From: a plasmid
Direction: 5' to 3' (one strand)
Sequence record: OW969666.1
Length of the DNA: 64,000 nt
This document shows positions 51,727 through 62,131 of this stretch, one piece after another. A program made the position numbers and the translations under genes. The notes below the pieces were generated by a model that did no database searches, was not told the DNA's origin, and worked only from the letters and a program-made list of their open reading frames with translations. Position 1 is the stretch's first letter; each line of letters begins with the position of its first letter.

Positions 51727-53399
51727 TCCTCGATCTGATCGAACGGTTTGGCCGGCGGCAGGTTGTCTGCCTGCGGGTCAGCCATGTCCACATCCGGCGG
51801 TATGGGCTTGGCCGGTGGCTCCGACGTCTTGAGGTGCTGGCGGCGATCAGCGTCGCGCCGCGCCTTGCGCGTGGCCTTCTGGGCGGTGGTCACGATCTCG
51901 CGCATCTGCCCGATCATGCGGAACAGCGCCGACTCGTCCACCTGCTCGCGCCCGAGCTGACGCAATTTGGCCAGCGCCTGGCGTTGTTCCCAGAGGGTGA
52001 CGGCCGGATGGGACAAGGTGCGGTAGTGGATCTCCAGATAGTGCTGACCTTCCGGTTCCAGTACCCAGATGCGGCTGATGTCGCGCGGATCGCGCCGGAT
52101 CAGGAAGGCGGGCAAGCGCTCGCGCCGGGCAATCCACGGCTTGAGGGCGTCGGCGTAGTAGTGGATGTGGTCGATGACAAAGCCGGTGCGGGTCAGGGTG
52201 CGGCGGATCACCGGCAGGAAATCGACCAAAAACGCGGTGGGGCGGGTAACGACGGCCGGGACGCCAACGCGCTCCACGGCCTCGGCCCAGCGCGCGGCCG
52301 GCGGCTGGAGCAGGCCGTTGTGCACGGAGCCGTGATAGGTGCCTACCGCCAACGCGAGCCAGCGCTCCAGCTCGCGCAGCGTCAGGGTGGCCATCTTCTC
52401 GGAATCGTACTCGCCGCGCTGGCCGGGATTGGAGAAGGTCGTCCCCGGTAATTCGTCGTGGATCATCTGCATCGCCGTGCCGATGATCCGTTCCACGATG
52501 CCGCCGTAGTGCGGCTGGCCTGGTGGGCGATAGTCCAGCCGGATGCCATGCTGTTCGCAGCCACGGCGCAGCGCTTCGCTTTTGAACTCGGCCGCGTTGT
52601 CCAGATAGAGCAGCCTGGGCTTGCCGCTCATCGGCCAGTCCATTTCCACATTCAGCCCTTCCAGCCAGGGCCGCTTGTCGCAGGCGGCATGCGCGAGGCA
52701 TAGGCCGACCGAGACGGCGGACGGCGCTTCCAGCGTGACCACCATGCCGAGTACGCAGCGCGTGAACACGTCGATGGCGAGGGTCAAATATGGGCGGCCA
52801 ATCGGTTGCCGGTCGCGCTCGTCGACCACGATCAGGTCGATGACGGTGTGGTCGATCTGCACCTGTTCCAGCGGCATGGTGACTTCGGGCGGAATGCCAC
52901 CCGCGCCTTGCAAGGGACGGGCAGCGTCCTGCCCGCCCCGGCTGCGGGCTATTTTCGCCGGATGTAGTCCGGCAATCCGCTGGGCCACGGTGTTGCGCGC
53001 CGGCACCGGCAGCTTCTGGGTTTTGCACGCCTGCGCGACTTCGCGGTGGAACGCCGCCAGGCTGCGTTTCTGCTTGGTCAGGAAGCGCTTTTGCAGCAGC
53101 TCGCGGATGATGCGCTCGACCGGTTCCGGCAAGCGCCCCTTGCCTTTGCCGCCGCCGGATCGGCCGGGCGTCAGGTCTGTTACCAGGCCAGTACCCTGCC
53201 GGGCGCGACGGATCAGGACATATACCTGTCGCCGGGACAGGCCCAGCGCTTGGGCTGCCTCATCGGCGGCTTCATGCCCGACCACCTCAAGCGCTGCCAG
53301 TGGCCCGATGATTTCCGTCCGGTGCCGGGCTTGCGCCCATGCCTCGTCGGGCAGGGTGGCCACGCCTTGCGCGGCAATCGGTGGAGTGTCTGATGTCAT
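51720..53399 (-). CDS. tniA: TniA DDE transposase (559 aa from MTSDTPP)
   Basis: Mu-like DDE transposase. The ORF-finder N-terminal extension into the IR is excluded. Confidence 0.85.
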   Translation of the reverse strand: MTSDTPPIAAQGVATLPDEAWAQARHRTEIIGPLAALEVVGHEAADEAAQALGLSRRQVYVLIRRARQGTGLVTDLTPGRSGGGKGKGRLPEPVERIIRELLQKRFLTKQKRSLAAFHREVAQACKTQKLPVPARNTVAQRIAGLHPAKIARSRGGQDAARPLQGAGGIPPEVTMPLEQVQIDHTVIDLIVVDERDRQPIGRPYLTLAIDVFTRCVLGMVVTLEAPSAVSVGLCLAHAACDKRPWLEGLNVEMDWPMSGKPRLLYLDNAAEFKSEALRRGCEQHGIRLDYRPPGQPHYGGIVERIIGTAMQMIHDELPGTTFSNPGQRGEYDSEKMATLTLRELERWLALAVGTYHGSVHNGLLQPPAARWAEAVERVGVPAVVTRPTAFLVDFLPVIRRTLTRTGFVIDHIHYYADALKPWIARRERLPAFLIRRDPRDISRIWVLEPEGQHYLEIHYRTLSHPAVTLWEQRQALAKLRQLGREQVDESALFRMIGQMREIVTTAQKATRKARRDADRRQHLKTSEPPAKPIPPDVDMADPQADNLPPAKPFDQIEEW

Positions 53400-53505
53400 G
53401 CCCAAACCTCGCTTTGGTGCACACGAGTATTGAGCATAGTCGAGATTGGTGCAGACGACTCCTGATATTGGGCTGTCAGGAGCCGTATGCACACCAGGCG
53501 TTACA

Positions 53506-53530
53506 TCCAGTCAGATGGTGCGGTCGTCTT
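53506..53530. repeat. 25-bp terminal IR of a Tn402/Tn5053-family element (tniA end)
   Basis: The reverse complement reads tgtcgttttcagaagacgaccgcac, matching the Tn402-family IR consensus TGTCGTTTTCAGAAGACGRCTGCAC. Confidence 0.8.
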
Positions 53531-53599
53531 CTGAAAACGACACCGGGCGTCTTCGCGCCCGTGATCGAGAACGCCAAGCGGCCCGATGCCGGCGCCGTC

Positions 53600-53992
53600 A
53601 TGGCGTGGGGTGTCGCGATCGTGGCGGTGATGATCCTCTTCACCCCTTTGCTGCTGCGCTGTCCACCATTCCGGCGCTGGTATGGCCGGACGGATGCGCT
53701 GTCGGAGCGGCAGCGCCAGGCGCTTGCCGAGCGCGGCCTGCGCCGCTACTACCAGACCGCTTTCGATGACGGCTACGTGCCCCGCGTGATGCCCTACGTG
53801 TGGCGCATCATCTGGACGGTCGGCGGGTTGATGGCTGTGACCGCCGTACTGCCTACCAACACCGGACGGCCAGCCTTCGATGCCTTGGTGGTCTTCTCGA
53901 CCTGGTATCCGATAGGCGTGATGCTGCTGGTTTTCGCGTCGAGGCCCCTTGGCCGGTTGATTCGCCAAAGAGCACAGGAGCGGCGGAAATGA
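53600..53992 (+). CDS. Hypothetical membrane protein (130 aa)
   Basis: Two hydrophobic helices. It lies immediately outside the tni IR. Confidence 0.4.
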   Translation: MAWGVAIVAVMILFTPLLLRCPPFRRWYGRTDALSERQRQALAERGLRRYYQTAFDDGYVPRVMPYVWRIIWTVGGLMAVTAVLPTNTGRPAFDALVVFSTWYPIGVMLLVFASRPLGRLIRQRAQERRK

Positions 53993-54360
53993 GCACGTCA
54001 ACCATCGAGGCGCTGGCCAGCGCCTGGGCAAGGATTGCCGAGGAAGCGGAATTCCCCGCTGACTACGAGGGGACTGCCACACCACAAGCGCATCGGGCTA
54101 GCGAAGCTATTCAGGAGCAGATTCGGGAGCGCATCGTCGCCACCAACGACATGCGGCTGTTCAGCCTGCTGCACCTGCTGGGTCAGGCGTCGCTGCGCAT
54201 GGAGCAAGCGCTGTGGCCGGAGGATTACGAGCGGATGACGCGCGAGGTTGAGGAAGCCCTGCGGCAAGCCACCGACGCCAACGCCAGATCGTACACCCAC
54301 GAAGAAGTGATGCAGGCGATGCAGGAACGCATCGACCGGGCGCGAGACAAGCCATGTTGA
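53989..54360 (+). CDS. Hypothetical protein (123 aa)
   Basis: ATGA overlap with the upstream ORF; acidic, helical composition. Confidence 0.4.
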   Translation: MSTSTIEALASAWARIAEEAEFPADYEGTATPQAHRASEAIQEQIRERIVATNDMRLFSLLHLLGQASLRMEQALWPEDYERMTREVEEALRQATDANARSYTHEEVMQAMQERIDRARDKPC

Positions 54361-54911
54361 TTGGCTATGCGCGCGTCTCGACGCAGGATCAGAACCTGGA
54401 GCTGCAACGCGAAGCCTTGAGCAAGGCCGGATGTAAAAAGGTCTTCGAGGACAAGGTGAGTGGCACGCGGGCAGACCGGCCTGGCTTGGCCAAGACGCTC
54501 GAAATGCTGCGCGAAGGCGATACTTTGGTCGTCTGGAAGCTCGACCGGCTGGGCCGGTCGGTCAAGCAACTGGTCGATCTGGTCGGCGATCTGCACAAGC
54601 ACGGTGTCCAGTTCAGGAGCCTCACCGACTCCATCGACACCGGCACACCATCCGGGCGGTTCTTCTTCCACGTCATGGCGAGCCTTGCCGAAATGGAGCG
54701 CGAGCTGACCGTCGAGCGCACCCGCGCCGGGCTGGAAGTCGCCAAGCAGCTCGGCCGCAAAGGCGGCCGCAAGCCGAAGATGACCGACAGCAAGATCGAG
54801 TCGGCCAAGAAGCTGCTGGCCAGCGGGGTGCCGCCCAAGGACGTGGCCAAGAACCTCGGCGTGTCCATTCCGACGCTGTACCGCTGGGTGCCAGCCTCCA
54901 CGCACGCTTAG
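54354..54911 (+). CDS. Serine recombinase/resolvase (185 aa) whose stop codon lies inside the 38-bp Tn21-type IR
   Basis: MLIGYARVSTQDQNLELQ... is the resolvase/invertase catalytic domain with a C-terminal HTH. The TAG stop at ~54909 is within ...gcttagcgtgctttatt. Confidence 0.75.
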   Translation: MLIGYARVSTQDQNLELQREALSKAGCKKVFEDKVSGTRADRPGLAKTLEMLREGDTLVVWKLDRLGRSVKQLVDLVGDLHKHGVQFRSLTDSIDTGTPSGRFFFHVMASLAEMERELTVERTRAGLEVAKQLGRKGGRKPKMTDSKIESAKKLLASGVPPKDVAKNLGVSIPTLYRWVPASTHA

Positions 54912-54920
54912 CGTGCTTTA

Positions 54921-56249
54921 TTTAATGAGATGGTCACTCCCTCCTTCCCGGTACTATGCTGAGGACAGGCTTTCATTCGGAGAACTATCATGGAAAACAT
55001 TGCGCTCATTGGTATCGATCTGGGTAAAAACTCTTTCCATATTCATTGCCAGGATCGTCGCGGGAAGGCTGTTTACCGTAAAAAATTTACCCGGCCAAAG
55101 TTGATCGAATTTTTGGCGACATGCCCCGCTACAACCATCGCAATGGAAGCCTGTGGCGGTTCTCACTTTATGGCACGCAAGTTGGAAGAGTTGGGGCATT
55201 CCCCAAAGCTGATATCACCACAATTTGTCCGCCCGTTCGTTAAAAGCAATAAAAACGACTTTGTCGACGCCGAAGCTATTTGTGAAGCTGCATCGCGTCC
55301 GTCTATGCGTTTTGTGCAGCCCAGAACGGAATCTCAGCAGGCAATGCGGGCTCTGCATCGTGTCCGTGAATCCCTGGTTCAGGATAAGGTAAAAACAACC
55401 AATCAAATGCATGCTTTTCTGCTGGAATTTGGCATTAGCGTTCCCCGAGGAGCTGCCGTTATTAGCCGACTGAGTACCATTCTTGAGGATAATAGTTTGC
55501 CTCTTTACCTCAGCCAGTTATTGCTGAAATTACAACAGCATTATCACTATCTTGTTGAGCAGATTAAAGATTTGGAATCCCAGTTGAAACGAAAGTTGGA
55601 CGAAGATGAGGTTGGACAGCGCTTGCTGAGCATTCCCTGCGTCGGAACACTGACAGCGAGTACTATTTCAACTGAGATTGGCGACGGGAAGCAGTACGCC
55701 AGCAGCCGTGACTTTGCGGCGGCAACAGGGCTTGTACCTCGGCAGTACAGCACGGGAGGTAGGACGACATTGCTGGGAATTAGTAAGCGAGGTAATAAAA
55801 AGATCCGAACTTTGTTGGTTCAATGTGCCAGGGTATTCATACAAAAACTGGAACACCAGTCTGGCAAATTGGCCGATTGGGTCAGGGATTTACTGTGCCG
55901 GAAAAGCAACTTTGTCGTCACTTGTGCTCTGGCAAACAAGCTGGCCAGAATAGCCTGGGCCCTAACGGCACGACAGCAAACTTATGTAGCATAACGGCAG
56001 AAATACACCGGTTTAAAGAATTACTGATCTGGTTTTGCGAATACTGATATTGATGATACTAACGGCCCACCGGCCTGTTGAGGAACCTGTAAAACGGAAA
56101 GGCTCATTGAAGCCGTATATTTTCTGGAGGTTCATCAGGCGCGGAACTCATCAAGGCGCGGGAATAAAATCCCATTCAGACGCCGGATAGATTCAAGCAA
56201 GCCAACTTGTCGTCAAAATCGGTGTTGCAAAAACGGGAGTGACCATAGA
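54921..56249 (+). mobile_element. IS5075/IS4321-type element, second copy (inverted relative to the first)
   Basis: Sequence identity with 43855-45181 in reverse complement. It is inserted in the right 38-bp IR. Confidence 0.8.
54990..55994 (+). CDS. IS110-family transposase (IS5075/IS4321 type)
   Basis: 334-aa product identical to the minus-strand copy. Confidence 0.85.
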   Translation: MENIALIGIDLGKNSFHIHCQDRRGKAVYRKKFTRPKLIEFLATCPATTIAMEACGGSHFMARKLEELGHSPKLISPQFVRPFVKSNKNDFVDAEAICEAASRPSMRFVQPRTESQQAMRALHRVRESLVQDKVKTTNQMHAFLLEFGISVPRGAAVISRLSTILEDNSLPLYLSQLLLKLQQHYHYLVEQIKDLESQLKRKLDEDEVGQRLLSIPCVGTLTASTISTEIGDGKQYASSRDFAAATGLVPRQYSTGGRTTLLGISKRGNKKIRTLLVQCARVFIQKLEHQSGKLADWVRDLLCRKSNFVVTCALANKLARIAWALTARQQTYVA

Positions 56250-56682
56250 TTCCGTTTTCTGAGACGACCCCAACCAGCTACATACGATCATAAGTGACAC
56301 AACATTAATATGAAGCGACATTCACCAAATGAACCTTCGTCATTTCAGATAGTTAGCTTACTTGCATGTCCTCATCCCATGAAGGGGAGGGCCTACCCCT
56401 GGCATCGAGCAAAACTGACCACCCTGCCCTTATTAAGACCCCACATGCGGCAATGGTGCCCTGTCCACGCCGCCCGCGATTTTTGAGGAAATGGGAAGAA
56501 AATAAAAAGAAAACAAAAAGTTATCGGCTGAAGTATCGGCGCAGATCGGGAATCAGGCGAAGCCTGACAGCACGTTGGGGCCTGGCAGGGGGCTTGAGGG
56601 ATGAGGACATGCAACTCTGATAGCCTTCCCGCCACGGGGTCGGTTAAATTCGTATCCGGCCGGTGCAATTCCAACGGCCGCG

Positions 56683-57114
56683 TTACCAGTTCGCCGGGTA
56701 GCATGGCCAGCAAAGCCAGGCATCGAGCACCCGGGTTTCACTAACGGCCGCTGCATAGACGCCGGTATCCGGAAAGAAATAAACCGGGGTGGCGTTGTTC
56801 AGCTGGTCGCCTTCATCGGCCAGAGCGCCGATCACCTCATGAGGCTTCAGCAGCATATCCGTTAAATATTCATCCGGGTGGATGGCATTCAGCGATATGG
56901 CCATCTCCAGAAATTCATCCAGTGTGTGGCGGGTACGATACCCCCGGAAAACCTCGTATGAAGGCGTGACGCATTCACCATCCAGGGAACAGGCATCGTA
57001 CCCGGCCAGCTGCTCTTCGGTGAGTCCGGAGGCATGCTTTGCCACAAGATTCGTAAACTGCTCTTTATCGTCCATCACAATCCTTACGCTGTAGGGGCCT
57101 GTTTGTGTTATCAC
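56683..57114 (-). CDS. Hypothetical acidic protein (143 aa)
   Basis: Clean ORF between IS5075 and IS903B; no motifs recognised. Confidence 0.4.
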   Translation of the reverse strand: MITQTGPYSVRIVMDDKEQFTNLVAKHASGLTEEQLAGYDACSLDGECVTPSYEVFRGYRTRHTLDEFLEMAISLNAIHPDEYLTDMLLKPHEVIGALADEGDQLNNATPVYFFPDTGVYAAAVSETRVLDAWLCWPCYPANW

Positions 57115-57420
57115 TGCTTCCGGATTTTACATCGCACAACCCGGCAGGTATCCGGTCGCCCGGGCGTCCTTTGCGGTCATGTTAGCCTTTGGCCTGTATT
57201 ACGACGAATCCCTTTCACTACACGGGCTCGCAGGGTGACACCTCCCCTTTTCACCGGAAGCGAAAGAGGAAGAACAGTTTAACAGCCCGGATCCTCAATA
57301 ATTTTTGCATAACGGACTAAATGACCGGTTTATGCAGCCCCTGTTACTTACTGTCGCGGTAAGGGGCTTTGTTGAATAAATCAGATTTCGGGTAAGTCTC
57401 CCCCGTAGCGGGTTGTGTTT

Positions 57421-58344
57421 TCAGGTAATACGCACGCTTTCAGGCATACCTGCTTTCGTCATTTTGTTCAGCGCTCGTACCAGGGCCATAGCCTCCGCAA
57501 CCTGACCATCGTAGTCACGCAGCGTCAGTGAACCCCCGAACAGCTGTTTTACCCGGTACATCGCCGTTTCCGCTATCGAGCGACGGTTGTAATCTGTTGT
57601 CCATTTCCACCGCGCATTACTCCCGGTCATTCGCTGATTAGCCACTGCACGGTTACGGTCTGCATATTCACCGGGCCAGTAACCCGCACCTTTTCGGGGA
57701 GGGATAAGCGCGCTGATTTTCTTACGCCGCAGTTCATCGTGACATAGCCGGGTATCGTAAGCGCCATCGGCGGCGGCTGACCTGATTTTCCGGTGGGTTT
57801 GCCGGATAAGACCCGGGAAGGCTTCTGAGTCCGTCACATTGTTCAGCGACAGGTCAGCGCAGATGATTTCATGTGTTTTACTGTCAACGGCGAGATGCAG
57901 CTTACGCCAGATACGGCGGCGTTCCTGGCCATGCTTTTTGACTTTCCACTCGCCTTCACCGAAGACCTTCAGCCCGGTGGAATCAATCACCAGATGCGCG
58001 ATTTCACCCCGGGTGAACGTTTTGAAACTGACATTAACCGACTTTGCGCGCTTGCTGACACTGGTGTAATCCGGGCAGCGCAACGGAACATTCATCAGTG
58101 TAAAAATGGAATCAATAAAACCCTGTGCAGCCCGCAGGGTCAACCTGAACACGCGTTTAATGACCAGCACAGTCGTGATGGCAAGGTCAGAATAGCGCTG
58201 AGGTCTGCCTCGTGAAGAAGGTGTTGCTGACTCATACCAGGCCTGAATAGCTTCATCATCCAGCCAGAAAGTTATGGAGCCACGGTTGATGAGGGCTTTA
58301 TTGTAGGTGGGCCAGTTGGTGATTTTGAACTTTTGCTTTGCCAC
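57421..58344 (-). CDS. IS903 transposase (307 aa)
   Basis: MAKQKFKITNWPTYNKALINRGSITFWLDDEAIQAWY... is the canonical IS903 Tnp. Confidence 0.9.
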   Translation of the reverse strand: MAKQKFKITNWPTYNKALINRGSITFWLDDEAIQAWYESATPSSRGRPQRYSDLAITTVLVIKRVFRLTLRAAQGFIDSIFTLMNVPLRCPDYTSVSKRAKSVNVSFKTFTRGEIAHLVIDSTGLKVFGEGEWKVKKHGQERRRIWRKLHLAVDSKTHEIICADLSLNNVTDSEAFPGLIRQTHRKIRSAAADGAYDTRLCHDELRRKKISALIPPRKGAGYWPGEYADRNRAVANQRMTGSNARWKWTTDYNRRSIAETAMYRVKQLFGGSLTLRDYDGQVAEAMALVRALNKMTKAGMPESVRIT

Positions 58345-58385
58345 GGAACGGTCTGCTGACCTGCCCCCACGATTAGATACAACAC

Positions 58386-59219
58386 TCAGTTAGTAACGTC
58401 GGAATCTTCATTCTCAGAATGACCCTTTCTCCAGCCCGCTGCAAATTCAGACGGTGTCTGATAATTCAGCGTGGAGTGCGGGCGGCATTCGTTATAATCC
58501 TGCCGCCAGTCATTAATAATTTTCCTGGCATGAACGATATCGCTGAACCAGTGCTCATTCAAACATTCATCGCGAAATCGTCCGTTAAAGCTCTCAATAA
58601 ATCCGTTCTGCGTTGGCTTGCCCGGCTGGATTAAGCGCAACTCAACACCATGCTCAAAGGCCCATTGATCCAGTGCACGGCAAGTGAACTCCGGCCCCTG
58701 GTCAGTTCTTATCGTCGCCGGATAGCCTCGAAACAGTGCAATGCTGTCCAGAATACGCGTGACCTGAACGCCTGAAATCCCAAAGGCAACAGTGACCGTC
58801 AGGCATTCCTTTGTGAAATCATCGACGCAGGTAAGACACTTGATCCTGCGACCGGTGGAAAGTGCGTCCATGACGAAATCCATCGACCAGGTCAGATTGG
58901 GCGCCGCCGGACGGAGCAGCGGCAGACGTTCTGTTGCCAGCCCTTTACGACGTCTTCTGCGTTTTACGCCCAGGCCACTGAGGTGATAAAGCCGGTACAC
59001 GCGCTTATGATTAACATGAAGCCCTTCACGGCGCAGCAACTGCCAAATACGACGGTAGCCAAAACGCCTGCGCTCCAGTGCCAGCTCAGTGATGCGCCCT
59101 GATAAATGCGCATCAGCAGCCGGACGGTGAGCCTCATAGCGGCAGGTCGACAGGGATAAACCTGTAAGCCTGCAGGCACGACGTTGCGACAGACCGGTCG
59201 CATCACACATCAACATCAC
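58386..59219 (-). CDS. IS3-family (IS407 group) transposase OrfB (DDE)
   Basis: WSMDFV...TDQGPEFT...[16 protein letters not shown] is the DDE integrase core. Confidence 0.85.
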   Translation of the reverse strand: MMLMCDATGLSQRRACRLTGLSLSTCRYEAHRPAADAHLSGRITELALERRRFGYRRIWQLLRREGLHVNHKRVYRLYHLSGLGVKRRRRRKGLATERLPLLRPAAPNLTWSMDFVMDALSTGRRIKCLTCVDDFTKECLTVTVAFGISGVQVTRILDSIALFRGYPATIRTDQGPEFTCRALDQWAFEHGVELRLIQPGKPTQNGFIESFNGRFRDECLNEHWFSDIVHARKIINDWRQDYNECRPHSTLNYQTPSEFAAGWRKGHSENEDSDVTN

Positions 59220-59242
59220 GGCTTCCCGCTTCTGGTCTGTCG

Positions 59243-59506
59243 TCAGTACTTTCGCCCAAGAGCCACCTGAAGCGCCTCTTTATCCAGCATGGCTTCGGCA
59301 AGCAGCTTCTTGAGTCTGGCGTTCTCTTCCTCAAGCGACTTCAGGCGCTTAACTTCAGGCACCTCCATACCGCCATACTTCTTACGCCAGGTGTAAAACG
59401 TGGCATCGGAAATGGCATGCTTGCGGCAGAGTTCACGGGCGGGTACCCCAGCTTCGGCTTCGCGGAGAATACTGATGATCTGTTCGTCGGAAAAACGCTT
59501 CTTCAT
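59243..59506 (-). CDS. IS3-family transposase OrfA (HTH)
   Basis: [46 protein letters not shown] is typical of IS407-group OrfA. Confidence 0.85.
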   Translation of the reverse strand: MKKRFSDEQIISILREAEAGVPARELCRKHAISDATFYTWRKKYGGMEVPEVKRLKSLEEENARLKKLLAEAMLDKEALQVALGRKY

Positions 59507-59708
59507 GGGGATGTCCTCATGTGGCTTATGAAGACATTACTAACATCGGGGTGTACTAATCAACGGGGAGCAGGTCACTGCGTTGTCGGGAAGATACGTG
59601 ATCTGATCCTTCAACTCAGCAAAAGTTCGATTTATTCAACAAAGCCGCGGTAAGGATAAAACCCTGGTTATGAAACAGAGTTTGTATCGACGTTTAGGTT
59701 TTGGTTGA

Positions 59709-60080
59709 ATGAGTAACTCTAAGCAACCGGAATATGACATGGCCAAAGTACAAGGGCTCTTTGTTGGATACCGAAAATTTGCTGTTGATCGCGAGTGGCT
59801 TCGGCAGCAGGAAGAACAACGTTATCGGGATCGCCAGCGACAATTTGATGAATGGTCCAGAAAATGGGTCACTGTAACTAGGCTAAAAGAGACTCGTTTA
59901 TGGACTGACGGAGCCATCAGGCGATGGCTGGGTGAACCTCAGCAACAGGGTAAATATAAAGTTTTCCCCGTTGAAGCGGTTTTGGCTGCTGAGAAGTTGA
60001 ATGAGTTTCAGCTCTGGCTTAAACCCCGGCTGGAAAAGAAACGTGCCCAGCATCACCACTTTTTAATTCCATTTCTGTAA
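59709..60080 (+). CDS. Hypothetical protein (123 aa)
   Basis: ORF with basic, helical composition; no family recognised. Confidence 0.35.
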   Translation: MSNSKQPEYDMAKVQGLFVGYRKFAVDREWLRQQEEQRYRDRQRQFDEWSRKWVTVTRLKETRLWTDGAIRRWLGEPQQQGKYKVFPVEAVLAAEKLNEFQLWLKPRLEKKRAQHHHFLIPFL

Positions 60081-60171
60081 AGTAGAAACAACGACAGTTC
60101 CGGCTGCATTCAAGGCTTCGGCATCTGGTCAGAAGTAAAGCGCCATTTTTCATTATAAGGGAGGTTAGATA

Positions 60172-60363
60172 GTGGAAGGTATTGAGACACTGAGTTTGCG
60201 GCTTGATGAGAACGAAACTATGGCCCTTGCTCAATTTGTTAAACGTCTGAGCTGGAGCGATCTACGTGGTTGTGCTGTGAGTGACGAAGAAGCCTGGGTA
60301 ATGAAAAGCGCAGTTGATAAATTACAACAGGCGTTAAGGGAAGAAGGTTATGCGCCTCGATGA
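60172..60363 (+). CDS. Hypothetical small protein (63 aa)
   Basis: RBS gggaggttagatagtg lies upstream; the ATG at 60172 is close to a GTG. Confidence 0.3.
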   Translation: MEGIETLSLRLDENETMALAQFVKRLSWSDLRGCAVSDEEAWVMKSAVDKLQQALREEGYAPR

Positions 60364-60412
60364 TGCAGGCTTCGTGTTATTTTCCGATGACAAATTTTCT
60401 TAAGGACTAAGT

Positions 60413-60694
60413 ATGAGCCAGCACTGGTATGAGGTGAAAAGCAATCAGGGAATTGTTCAGGTGATGTTAGGCTGGGATCCACCTTTGCAGTGGTTTCATA
60501 TGTGCATTGATTATGACATTAATGCAGCAGAAGACCCACTCTATACTAATCTGGCTGAACCTGATCCCTACTACGTTACTCCGGAATATCTGCAATTTGT
60601 ACTTGAACGCTTCGAAATAACGGATATTGTAATAAAGCCCGATACCTCTGGGCTTTACGAAGAATTATTAATGGATCAGCTTTTAGACCGATAG
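60413..60694 (+). CDS. Hypothetical protein (93 aa)
   Basis: RBS aaggactaagt precedes the ATG. It follows the 63-aa ORF with a 49-bp gap. Confidence 0.4.
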   Translation: MSQHWYEVKSNQGIVQVMLGWDPPLQWFHMCIDYDINAAEDPLYTNLAEPDPYYVTPEYLQFVLERFEITDIVIKPDTSGLYEELLMDQLLDR

Positions 60695-60977
60695 CTAAGC
60701 TGCCAGCAACAGACGTGCTGGCATAATCGTCACTTAACTGTAATGTCAGATACTTCAGGTACAAATGTCCGGACTCGTTTGAAACCTATCCAAAACTGTA
60801 AATATATTTTCGTTATAATATAACCTTAATTGAATTGCTTTCTAACAGTTCCCACTCTTCTTTTCTAAGTACATTTTTAATTATTGTTCCATTGGCAAGC
60901 GTCAGCTCATACTCCCTGTCTGAATCGCCACGCGTTTAACAGACACCTCAGAGTCATTTAAGATGACTTAAAGAGAG

Positions 60978-61262
60978 GTGCCCATGAGCGGTAAGCGTTA
61001 TCCTGAAGAGTTTAAAACTGAAGCAGTCAAACAGGTTGTTGATCGCGGTTATTCTGTTGCCAGCGTTGCAACACGTCTCGATATCACCACCCACAGCCTT
61101 TATGCCTGGATAAAGAAGTACGGTCCGGATTCTTCCACTAATAAAGAACAGTCAGATGCTCAGGCCGAGATCCGCCGTCTCCAGAAAGAGCTGAAACGGG
61201 TTACCGACGAACGGGACATATTAAAAAAAGCCGCGGCGTACTTCGCAAAGCTGTCCGACTGA
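60978..61262 (+). CDS. IS3-family transposase OrfA
   Basis: MSGKRYPEEFKTEAVKQVVDRGYSVASVATRLDITTHSLYAWIKKYG is the HTH, and the leucine zipper ends in KKAAAYFAK. Confidence 0.85.
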   Translation: MPMSGKRYPEEFKTEAVKQVVDRGYSVASVATRLDITTHSLYAWIKKYGPDSSTNKEQSDAQAEIRRLQKELKRVTDERDILKKAAAYFAKLSD

Positions 61263-62131
61263 GGTACGCCTTTATCCGTGACAACTCCTGTTGCTGGCCT
61301 GTTCGCCTGCTCTGTCGGGTGCTGGATGTTCATCCCAGTGGTTTTTACGCCTGGCTTCAGCAGCCGCATTCACAACGCCATCAGGCAGACCTGAGACTGA
61401 CAGGACAGATTAAACAGTTCTGGCTGGAATCGGGATGCGTCTATGGTTATCGCAAAATCCATCTGGATCTGCGTGACAGCGGGCAACAGTGCGGAGTAAA
61501 CAGAGTCTGGAGACTGATGAAACGTGTCGGAATAAAGGCTCAGGTCGGATACCGAAGCCCGCGGGCACGTAAAGGCGAGGCCAGTATCGTGTCACCCAAC
61601 AGGCTCCAGCGACAGTTCAATCCGGATGCTCCTGATGAGCGTTGGGTAACGGACATAACCTACATCAGGACCCACGAAGGCTGGCTGTATCTTGCCGTTG
61701 TTGTTGATCTGTTCTCACGCAAAATTATCGGCTGGTCCATGCAATCCCGGATGACAAAGGACATTGTCCTGAACGCACTGCTGATGGCTGTATGGCGGCG
61801 TAATCCCGAAAAACAGGTGCTGGTTCATTCGGATCAGGGCAGTCAGTACACAAGCCATGAGTGGCAGTCGTTCCTGAAATCACACGGCCTGGAGGGTAGC
61901 ATGAGCCGTCGCGGTAACTGCCATGATAATGCGGTTGCAGAAAGTTTTTTCCAGTTGTTGAAACGTGAACGGATAAAGAAAAAGATCTACGGAACGCGGG
62001 AAGAAGCCCGCAGTGATATTTTTGATTACATCGAAATGTTTTATAACAGTAAGCGTCGGCATGGTTCTAGCGAACAGATGTCACCGACAGAATATGAAAA
62101 CCAGTATTATCAACGGCTCGGAAGTGTCTAG
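61259..62131 (+). CDS. IS3-family transposase OrfB (DDE), via -1 frameshift
   Basis: DITYIRTHEGWLYLAVVVDLFSRK...[10 protein letters not shown]...NCHDNAVAESFF. Confidence 0.85.
   Translation: MRYAFIRDNSCCWPVRLLCRVLDVHPSGFYAWLQQPHSQRHQADLRLTGQIKQFWLESGCVYGYRKIHLDLRDSGQQCGVNRVWRLMKRVGIKAQVGYRSPRARKGEASIVSPNRLQRQFNPDAPDERWVTDITYIRTHEGWLYLAVVVDLFSRKIIGWSMQSRMTKDIVLNALLMAVWRRNPEKQVLVHSDQGSQYTSHEWQSFLKSHGLEGSMSRRGNCHDNAVAESFFQLLKRERIKKKIYGTREEARSDIFDYIEMFYNSKRRHGSSEQMSPTEYENQYYQRLGSV

Larger units (their letters stand above)
58357..59577 (-). mobile_element. IS3-family (IS407 group) element nested in the IS903B left end, 4-bp target duplication CTGC
   Basis: IRs tgacctgccccca... / ...ggggagcaggtca with ctgc on both flanks. 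OrfA and OrfB lie on the minus strand. Confidence 0.75.
57365..59646 (-). mobile_element. IS903B (IS5 family) with 9-bp target duplication GCGGTAAGG, interrupted by a nested IS3-family element
   Basis: IRs ggctttgttgaataaatc at 57365 and its reverse complement at 59629-59646. gcggtaagg is present at 57356-57364 and at 59647-59655. Confidence 0.8.

Noticed and set aside
56250-56680. ORFs 56366..56620(+) and 56393..56713(-) just outside the right IR
   Set aside because: They are mutually overlapping with low-complexity translations. The region is more likely non-coding flank of the transposon.
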